Below, piece after piece: positions 52,377 through 64,000 of a DNA stretch of 64,000 nucleotides; position 1 is the stretch's first letter; every line of letters starts with the position of its first letter. The notes under the pieces are model-generated. The model was not told where the DNA came from. It saw only the letters and a program-made list of their open reading frames with translations, and did not search any database. The DNA is from Psilocybe cubensis (lineage: Eukaryota), in contig CM039003.1 of NCBI GenBank assembly GCA_017499595.2, positions 992,001 through 1,056,000 on the forward strand, read 5' to 3'. Both the position numbers and the translations under genes were made by a program.

Positions 52377-53940
52377 TCAAACTTTTTTGGCTATGGGTGT
52401 GATTGCCTGTGGAAGGGGTTGCCTATCGAGGTGTCCGCTAACCTCCCATATAGACCTATAGAATGTCCCATCGCCCTTATAATAGACGATAGAATCTCAG
52501 CTAGATCCCATGCTATGATGCAGGTACGGGACTTACCACCATATTGTGCGGGAATCCTGCGTCGAAAGGCACAACGCTTTCGAGATATTTAATTTGTTCA
52601 GCAGTCAAGGAAATATCAAGGGCTTCCACGTTGGCAAGAAGGTGCTCCACTTTCCTTCCTCCAATAATCGGGAATACATATGATGTTTTATGCAAAACAT
52701 ATGCAATAGCGACTAAAAAGGGATTCAAGATACCCATCGCCGTCAAATAGGCGCCCGATCGCATATGAGCTGCCACACATACCGGATGTGATATGTTTTA
52801 CCCCTAGTTCCTGGGCCACCTTTTCTAAGGCTGCACTAACTTTCTTTTCGTTATCATTTCGAAGCCATTCTGGGCTAAAGATGGTGCGCCCCTTTTCTCC
52901 AGTCTTTGCACGTTCTTCCTCTTCTGCATCGGTGCGGAACTTCCCAGAGGCGACAACGTTCCAGGGAGCCAATGCCATACCTTGATGACAACAATGAATA
53001 TCCCATCATCTTTTCAAATTCAATTATCCTGTACTGACCTTCAGATCTGGCCATTGGGATGATCTCCCTTTCAAATGCTCTGTCAAGGACATTCCAGGCA
53101 CCTTGGTATATCACAAAAGGTGTCAAGGAGTTGGCGCGAGCGAAGGCATTGGCCTTAACAACTACCCAAGCTGGAGTATCAGAAATCCCCTTTTGGTCAA
53201 ATTACAACGCAGAATTGTTCAAAGATTTAATCTTGCATAGCGGCGAAGGGGAATGCTTACGAGGTAGAGTACCTGCCCGGATGCGACTAGATGATGAAGA
53301 GCTCGCATAACCTCTTCAACACCCGTATCCCAGTCCCACCAATGAACATACAGGAGGTCGACGTAGTCTGTTCTTAGTCTCTTCAGAGATTCTTTGAAGG
53401 ATAGTTTCAAAGATTTGCTGTTGTTTCCTGCAAATAAAATCTTGTGATCGGTTGCATTTGGATCCCTTGCTCTGAAATTATTCGTGTACTGTGTGTTAAG
53501 GAAGCTAGATGCGTAAATTGGCGCAGATAAGGTGAAACATCAAATCATACCTTTGTGGCAATAAATAATCGATCACGGATTCCTCTCTTCTCTGCCCACT
53601 CTCCTATAAAAAGCTCTGAGGTACCATCCTGGCTGTTTCAAAGAATGGGCCCCAAGTGCTATAGTTAGTTACAAGAACCCTCCCATGGTCATATTTCAGG
53701 AATCCAGACGCACTAGTTGTTGGCTGTGTCGATAAAGTTCCCTCCGTTATCGTAGTACGCGTCCAAGAGCTTGAAACTCGACTCCTTATCCATGGATCCC
53801 ATACCCAAGTTGGCCCATGCATCTCCGATACTCATCGCTCCGAGCTGAATCGGAGAAACATGTACTCCAGCTGTTGGAGACAAAAGGCGATATCGCGCAA
53901 GACCCGTGGGTGGAGGAGGGGGACGAGAGTAGAAAGCCAT
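52377..53940 (-). CDS. Aldo-keto reductase, aryl-alcohol dehydrogenase/norsolorinic acid reductase type, multi-exon
   Basis: [69 protein letters not shown]. The last exon ends ...PIAKKV* at 52377. Confidence 0.93.
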
Positions 53941-54928
53941 TGTTCAGGGAAGCTGAGCAGGGTGTCGTTCGCAGTTGTTCAACTGACCTATTTATCTTAT
54001 CGCATGAATGAGTATAGAGTCCGATTTGCGAGGTCCAACGTTCAGTTTCGCCATGACAAACACTATGAGATGACAAATATTCTGGTCTAATTGCGCCACA
54101 GTGAGAAGATTTTTGTTCACCACAGGCAACGAAAACAGCGTATATGACTCGATGAATGACTTGTGGTCATGGGGTTGGAATGTCGAAGATTTTTTATCGG
54201 ATGTGCAACCGAAGGGTATGCGAATATAACCAGTTTTCCGCACGGGCGTCCATAATTGTTGAAGGTTCGGAATTATCATTGCAAGAGAATATCCTGGACC
54301 ATGATATATAATCCGCCTGTGTCACAGACTGGTTTAGAGTCGAAAAGGTCGGAAATTTGGACAGAGCCTTGAAGGTTGTGTACCATCCATGAAGCGACAA
54401 TGATTTCTCACTGGCATTTCGGAGTTTGAAGGTTTAGTCGGAGCGTTTACCTATGTCTAGGTTAGCGTTTGGATTTGAATATCTGTATCCTCAAACACGC
54501 CTTGAAATGTATAGTCGTTTGCTTCCCTGTACAAAATCCTTACTTACTCTCAGCTTATCATGACTCATGGCCCATGATGTCTCTTACTGCCTGGGTGAAT
54601 ATATCTGTAGCCCAACTGTAGCCTACAATTACGTGGCTTCGCTTTCATAAGTGAAATCCATTCCTTCTGAGTCACTCTGAGGTAGTGATGTACTATCGCT
54701 TACTAGTAAAATTCTTAAAAATTAACGATTGAAGTCGAAGCAGTAAATCAGTCTTGAATTGGTTGATTTGTATGGGCTTAGCTTCAGGGAAGCCATATCC
54801 CAAAATGGATGTGTTACGTAACATTGCGTGACTGCGCGTTCGTTGTCCCGTTGACCTCATTCCCAACTCATTCCCACTTCTCCACCCCTCGCCAACGCTA
54901 CGAACAGCCACGAAGCTCCCATTCGACC

Positions 54929-56056
54929 ATGAGTTTTCAGGATATTGAAGCAGGTCAAGGACCGCAATCACGCTCGCCGACATCCTCCATGCCACAATCC
55001 CGCGAAGACAATGCGTTCCAGAATCTACAGTCGTCATTATCGCTCCAAGTCTTCAAGATGAATGCCAATGTACAGGGTATTTTGAAGTTGGTGGATCAGC
55101 TTGGAACAGGGAAAGATTCTGCGGTTTTGAGGAAGAGCTTGTACGCCATTGTTTATCTCTCAATTTTATGCGCAGCTATTAATCGATGCCCCATGGCTGC
55201 AAAGACACGATCTCACCGAAACAACCCGCGCCATGGCCAAACGAGGATCTGAAGACCTAAAAAAGCTGTCTGAACTGCAGTCTGCCCTGGTGGGTATCAG
55301 ATACTAGATGCTCCATAACATATTCATATTCTGTCACCCAAATAGCCGCATCAAAAAACGGCCCTTCAGAAGACGTCGCACGATCTGCAAATGTCCCTAG
55401 TTGCATTCCAACGTGCGCAACAAGTTAGCGCGGAGCGTCAGCGAACTGTGGTACAAGGTGTAAAATTGGCTATTGATGATGAACAGCACCATCCACCGTA
55501 AATTCCATTTGGATGACGTTCAGAGCCCGACGTTAACTTTAGCATCCAGAAATCCCGATGAACCCGAACCCACCCCACAAGAACAGCGACAAGCGCAGAT
55601 ACTGCAGGCTCAGCTATCTCCACATGAATTGGCATATCAAGAATCCCTGATTCAAGAACGAGAGGCAGAAATTAGAGAAATCGAAACAGGCATTCACGAA
55701 CTTGCAGAAATATTCCATGACCTAGGGACTTTGGTTAATCAACAGGGCAGTATGATTGGTATGTTATATGCGTCTTTCGTTCCTTTCTGACTGCTCTTTG
55801 TATGCAACTCTAATGCATCGTACTTATAGATAACATCGAATTAAATATCTCCTCCGTTGCTGTGGATACAGGGTCTGCCGCCCAAGAACTTACGACTGCA
55901 GCGGAGTACCAGCGCAGGGCAGGAAGACGTGCTGCCTGTTTAGCATTGATCCTTGCAATTGTTGCAGCGATTGTATTGTTGGCTGTAAGTGCCCATCAAT
56001 TCGTTGTTTCAGTATTCGCTTCTAAATGGTTGAATATTCTTTAGATACTCTCTTGA
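54929..56056 (+). CDS. Endosomal/vacuolar syntaxin (Pep12/Vam3, syntaxin-7/12-like Qa-SNARE)
   Basis: MSFQDIEAG.., Habc region, SNARE motif LIQEREAEIREIETGIHELAEIFHDLGTLVNQQGSMIDNIE, and a C-terminal TM segment ACLALILAIVAAIVLLAILS*. Confidence 0.9.
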
Positions 56057-57599
56057 TTCTAGCCAAACGAAACTATTAGGCTTCCTTTTTCTAGACCGGA
56101 TTCTTTTTTCAGGTTATCATCCATCGACAGGACTGGACGTTTCTCTTCCATTTGCCCCCCATTCACGCCCTTTTGACTTGTACTTTTCATTTCATCTATC
56201 TACGATATCTAGTTCTTCTATGCGGAAGATTAATCCATGGTTACCAAGTTTTGGCATAAGCCGGGGTAAGTTGATTTCCATTACTGCAGTTGTAATCTCC
56301 GACCTGACAAAATTTCATGATCAGTATTCCATATTTTCATCATCTTTGTAGACAACGCAGACACTTGGAACACGCTATTCTTTATGCCTATTCAATTTAT
56401 GTATTACTTATCTTATGATGCTTTATGCCCGTTGATCTGTTTTCACGAAAACATTACACTCAGAACCCACCCCTTGCGGCGCAGCATAACTACCGTTCTG
56501 TATCCCTGGTTGTCAGTAACATTGGCATATGACACAGTACTGCGGGGATTGATACGTGACATTTCTAGGTCGCCTTTGCAACAATTCTATTCAGTGAGCT
56601 CAAGGGCGTTCTTACCCGTCAAGATGGCAGATAACGCCACCCTTCGCCCAAGGTTCTGCTACATGCCATGTTACGGCGCGACTTTCCGAGATATTTATCG
56701 CTCATGTTGAGTCTTGGCAGATATGATGGGTTTTACAAAGATGTAGATGTTATGCCATCACGGCGCTTGTTACTTATGATGAACATTCAAACCTTCAGTA
56801 CTCAGTGACGATCCTTTAACTCCCTTTAAAAGTACTCCGAGTTCCCCACCCACGTTCATTATTCCCTCTTTGACAGCTCGGTAGGCATGAAGTTTTGAAG
56901 TCTCAAACCCTAGCGCCCATCGGGAGTTGCCTGGGAAGATTCTTGTCTCGAAATGAGTGCCTGCGGTTATGGCAAGTTAGGCTGTGTGAATACAATGTGT
57001 AGATACATGAGTCGAGGGGCTGAGCCATTACATATTTTGTCCACAGCCTTTTTGTAAGTTGTATACCTGATAGCGCATGATCTGGAATGTAACTACATAC
57101 TTTGTCAAGTTCCAAGTGGAACTTACTGTTCTACTGGTAGCAAGTATACAGAGTCTACTCTACAAACTTACTTGTTCTATTTATAGAATCATAGGTAGAT
57201 CCCTGAAATAACCGTTGGAGAGATTAAAACGAATGGAGAGCTGTAGAAATAGTGAATGGATCATCAGAAATAGATGTTGGGGTGCTGCAATGGCGGTGGA
57301 TCGAACTCCCAAGACATGATTGATGCTCCTCTTTTTCACTGAATTTTTCCCTATGATGTATAACCTTAACGTTAGGCACGGGTGGCTGCGCCAGCTATAA
57401 AGGGCCCCAATTTCAACCGCTGGAGAAACACCGCCCACGAACTCTTTTTCTCTCCCCGCCACAGCAGAAGCGTGCTTTCGGCTCACCCGCCTGCTCATCC
57501 CAGTAAATCTATACATCGTAAGTACCAGTATTGTGTACTAGCTATTGGCGTCAACGTCTAGGCCAGCTTAAATATTTGTTCAACACTAGGTCATTCAAA

Positions 57600-59703
<2,104 letters not shown>

Positions 59704-60593
59704 TTTGCTCAGAAAGAAGTATAATGCACCGTGGCAAGGCACAGTCACTATCGTATGTTTTTACTATTGATAAAGCTTCAAGGTAGCTAGCTGTATATGT
59801 GAATATTAAATAGCAGTATGTGTATTACTAGTCTTGTTCATCGTGTATATTTAACTTGTATTTTTCGTGCTACAATCTGGCGCGAATCGGCGAAGGCCTT
59901 ATTGTAGCCTTGGTATAACAAAATAGGCGCTCAAACCAAACCTGGGACCATCGGGGTTAGGGTTGATGAAAATGTCACTGATCATTGAAGTAGTTTCTTT
60001 GTGTATAAGTTTTCTGTGTAATAGCCCTCTCTCCGCAAAAACGGAGTGGAAGAATTGGGTTCAGTGACATCCCAACAAACCCCTCCTGAGCTCATAACAC
60101 CGATATACAGCGCTAATATATAGGATCGACGAACCGCATGTCGTTAAATCCATGAGTCAGGGCCGGGTATGCGAGATCGCCCAACGGGCGCTGAGTTTCA
60201 TTACCGCATTCGGAGGAATCGGAGCGGAAGTTAATCGACGGAGGGGAGCGCCCGCCGCAGAGTAGAATTCATGTGGCGACGGCGGCCGAACGTGGTATCA
60301 CAGGTCTTGAAGCTTGAACGTTGAGCGCTGTGCATGAACGTCTACGCACCTAGGAATTCGAGAATCAACGGCTATCCCTGACCTTGTTTCATTATGTGTT
60401 ATAGCCCGAGGGAACAGCTTAAGCATTGGCCCCATTCTTCGAATCTCAGTTCATTCAAGTTTGCAATTTTAAGTTTTATTATCTACGAATACACAATAAA
60501 ATCAAGTAAATAACAACAGCGGAAAAAAGAAAGCACTCATCCTAAAATAAGCAAGAAACCTCCAAAAGATATGTCCCCGTAGACACTTTAAAA

Positions 60594-63249
60594 TTACAGC
60601 CCCTCATCGTACATCTTCCTCGCCAATGCAACGTAAAATCTCTCCAGATCCTGTTTACTCGATAGCTCTCTCTTCCTCCTACCCTTATCCTCCTCTGACA
60701 TCCTCTTCTTCATCTCCGAAGAGGGGGATGTTTGTTCCTGCGTCCGTGTGCCCGACGAGGCACCAGACATCGCACTGGACGAGGTGGGACTGGAAGACAT
60801 CCCAACCGTATGCTTCACAGCACTGTCACTGAGCTCCTTGTCACTGGCCATGCGCACCGCAATTTCTGCCTCCTTTTCCTTCCGAGCAGCAATATTCTCC
60901 TCCTGCTTCATATTTGACCCGGCATCAGAAACTTTCGTAGTATCACCAACAGTAGCCGAAGACGCTGAAGACCCAGATCCTCCGCCGAGTATCTGCGTGG
61001 ATGCAGGGACTTTATCGATCAGCCAGTCAAACACAGCGGAGAGCGTGTCCGTAGAAGACTTTACGACGTGGTCGTCGGCCAAACGCTCACGAGTACGTTT
61101 CTCCGCATTCGTCTCCCCTTTAGGTTTAGATGCTGAGGGACCCGTTGATTTATCCGACGTTGAACTCCTGTCACCATTCTCGTTGCTGCTACTCTTTTTC
61201 CACGCGCCCACAAATCGTGTCCAGTCACCGAAGCCCCAACCATCGCCTTGGGCAGTTGGATTGGTATATGGACTGCGGTTCCCGAAACTCGATGGCAGAG
61301 GAAAAGAACCCAATCCAATTGCGGGAATAGCTGGTAGATCAACTCCCAGCTCAATTCCTCGTGCTCCTCTCATCTCCCAATCTATAGATATAATTTCAGA
61401 AATCCAACGCCATCAGCGGCCACTCCATCAAACGATGACGAAAGGGAAAAACAAAAAACTCACGATCGCAACCCTCCATGATACCTAGAAACTCTCCCCA
61501 TTTCGCGCTTTGGACGGTTACGAGCCCGTCGTTACCCCACTCGCGTTCATTTGCCCACAATGGCGTCCCCTTCCCCTTTGTTTGGCCATGCGTATGCACT
61601 AAATCGTCCCACTCCCTTTTAAGTCTTTCCCGCTCCTTTTCCTCCACCCCGTCTAACACCATCTTGGGTAGCCAAAATGGGTGCCAGACGCTCACGCTAT
61701 CCGCAGACATACGCCCAGCGACACTCCAATACTTGACTGATGGATCATCTGGGGTTCTTGGATTGAAGACGTCGTTTAGATAGTTCGACGTCAGGTTCGC
61801 ATACGCAGGTGAATCAACAATAGAGAGAAGGAGTGTGGTAAATGACGACGGGAGAGAACTCAATGACAAAGTAAAAGCAGATTCAGACTTGGTTTTGGGA
61901 CCAGCTTTGGCCTTTGACGATGATTCGGTCTCCTCTGCGATTCCTGAGGAGAACTCCTCGATGTCGCGTCGTGTACTGTTCCGCAACGACTGCATCATTT
62001 CCTTTTCTTGCTGTCTAAGTTTCCCGAGGCCGATATTATTCTGTGCAAGGCCAATTAATGACATGTCGCGATCAAGTTCCGTGAGTATGTACTTACGGCA
62101 CACCAATCCATAAATGGACTTCCACGATGTGGGGTGCTGATAGTCGTTAAAGAAAGTGGAACATATTCCCGGGGCTGGATATGGGTAATCAAATGTCGAC
62201 AGTCCAATCCTCCCATAGAATGAGCAAGAAAATTAATTCCCCGACCCCGAGCACGTAGCCGAAGTTGTTCGTCCAAAGCAGATGCCCTCGATGAAATGAA
62301 TCCAGTTCTACAGAAGATCTGAGAAAAGGTAAACAACAGAGATCCGCAGACAAACTAACCCAGGAACCGAGGTGACGATCACCTCTGCACCAACTTTACC
62401 TCTGAGAATGTTGAGAACATTTGACCAATAGTGCATCCGCATACTTGGGAAAGACGATGGACCACGAGAATCGAATCCGTAGAGGCCTATGAATGATATG
62501 TTAAGGTAATATTTTTTAAAAAACTGAAAAGTTGGGACTCTTACCATGACATAATACAATAGGATAGCGCGGTGCACGGATGGGATCGAAGAGAGCTGGG
62601 TGGATTAGAAGGCGATGAATGGTATCCGGCGGGGAGGGTGGAATCTTAAATTCGGTAGACTCAGAATTATAGCTCGCAGGAGATTTTCGATGTGATTTCT
62701 TGTCACTGTTGTTCGAAGTATGCTTCCTGGAATTACTGGGAGGTGGTTCGTCATCGTGCTGTGGAGCGCTGGGCTCTTGTCGATGAAAGGAGAAAAGATT
62801 GGGCCAGGACAAAGAGCCCGGAATCCAAGAAGGCAATTCGATAGTTGCTTTAAGAAGTTGAACTTTCAAAAGCACTAAACCATTAAACTAAACTAAAACA
62901 GACCTTTCAGTAGCGTCTCTGTATTGACCTCATTTCGCGACTCGGAGACATCTGTATCTGCACCTCGACTCCAACCTGCTGCAAGAAGGCTCCTATTCCA
63001 AAGGCTCCGATGCATCCAGCGAGTCCATTCAACGTCTTTGAAATAGTTTAATGACCTTGAAGGATCGTTTCGGACTGCGTTTAATCCATCCCGGATAGTA
63101 GTGGTCGTCCTTGGCGTCTCGGATGAATCTGCCTTTGCCTTGGCTTGGGTATAGAGAACATATTGGTTGGAGATAGATAGGGTAGAGACGACATTGACTA
63201 GTCGCTTGAATAGGACGACGACATGAGCTGGAAAGTATACACTGCTCAT
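60594..63249 (-). CDS. Triacylglycerol lipase (Tgl2-like alpha/beta hydrolase), multi-exon
   Basis: PIVLCHGLYGFD, AHSMGGLDCR nucleophile elbow, TISTPHRGSPFMDWC, GNDGLVTVQSAKWGEFLG, and a C-terminal LERFYVALARKMYDEGL*. Start codon approximate. Confidence 0.88.
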
Positions 63250-64000
63250 GCTCGTGGAGACATTAGAAGAAAGAAAGCAGAACAAGTTCCGTCTTTCAAT
63301 CCAGCCGAGCATCCCCAACAGAATACGATCACGTGTTATACTGGAATAACCCCGATCATTATGTACTCTTTCGCCCGATCACTCCGTCATAATCTTATCT
63401 CCCTTCGATCTTACGTGCCAGCAAGAGTGATTGTCCAATGTCTGCCCTTCAGAATCTACACGAAATGTAAGTGAATACTTGATTTAGTACCGTGAAATGC
63501 ATCTTGTGAGATATAGTGGAGATATATTCAAAAGGCAACGGAATGGTTTAATATCATATCTACAAGAATACTACAGAAAAAAGAGGTCTCTTAAATTGCA
63601 TCGGTGCTTCGTCACGTAGGACAATACAAGTCGAAAACTTAGAGACAGCCTTGTGTGGAACCTTCTGTTCTATCAAGATGTATAAAAAGCTAGAATCAAT
63701 ATAAAGCTCATGACCGGCTGAAATAGAGGCCTGAGATGTTACCGTGGTCGTTCGGTGGACAGAAATCGTGCTCAAATTCGGCCACGTCCCCTAGTGGCCG
63801 AAATAACCTCCTGCATAAGATCAAAGAGCCGTCCTAATTGGCTGTCAACTTTCTCCTCCAGCAATTCGAACCTTCGATTAACGTTCTCCTCAAGTGCCGC
63901 CAATTTTTCTTCCGCTGGCAAACGTGGATAAGTAGAAAGATCTCTAGCTCCACTGTCTCTATAGTGTTTGCTTGAAGAAGCACCCAAACTGGCCTCAAAG

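Noticed and set aside
59953-59963. Telomere-like ggggttagggt
   Set aside because: Fewer than two full repeat units, internal position.
63772-63987. 71-aa minus-strand ORF with a coiled-coil-like stretch
   Set aside because: May be the last exon of a gene beyond the window edge; insufficient evidence to call.

Overview
Intron-rich fungal genomic DNA with short GT-AG introns of about 50-65 nt and gene families typical of Agaricomycete (mushroom-forming) basidiomycetes; the species cannot be determined from the window. Housekeeping genes: mitochondrial ribosomal protein uL5m, a Cdc15/SepH-type kinase, a PIG3-type quinone oxidoreductase, an alpha/beta-hydrolase esterase, a ribosomal L1-domain (Cic1/Utp30-like) protein, an aryl-alcohol-dehydrogenase-type aldo-keto reductase, a Pep12/Vam3-like syntaxin and a Tgl2-like lipase. 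Lineage-specific genes: a mosaic tandem triplet of atypical (AgaK1-like) kinases, a secreted protein of three intron-containing Cys-rich repeats, a CaaX-tailed disordered protein, and a DUF6533-like membrane protein that needs a 2-nt microexon. Elements absent from the ORF track: a 444-bp MITE inside the kinase array; a 2.36-kb TIR element (8-bp TSD) carrying an intact spliced Zn-finger-like gene and a truncated second gene; a degenerate TIR element holding a CpG-hypermutated HSP60 fragment plus other gene pieces; a U18-like box C/D snoRNA in the intron of an apparently non-coding host; and a candidate 32-aa micropeptide gene. Gene models were spliced by eye and family names come from motif recognition, not database searches.
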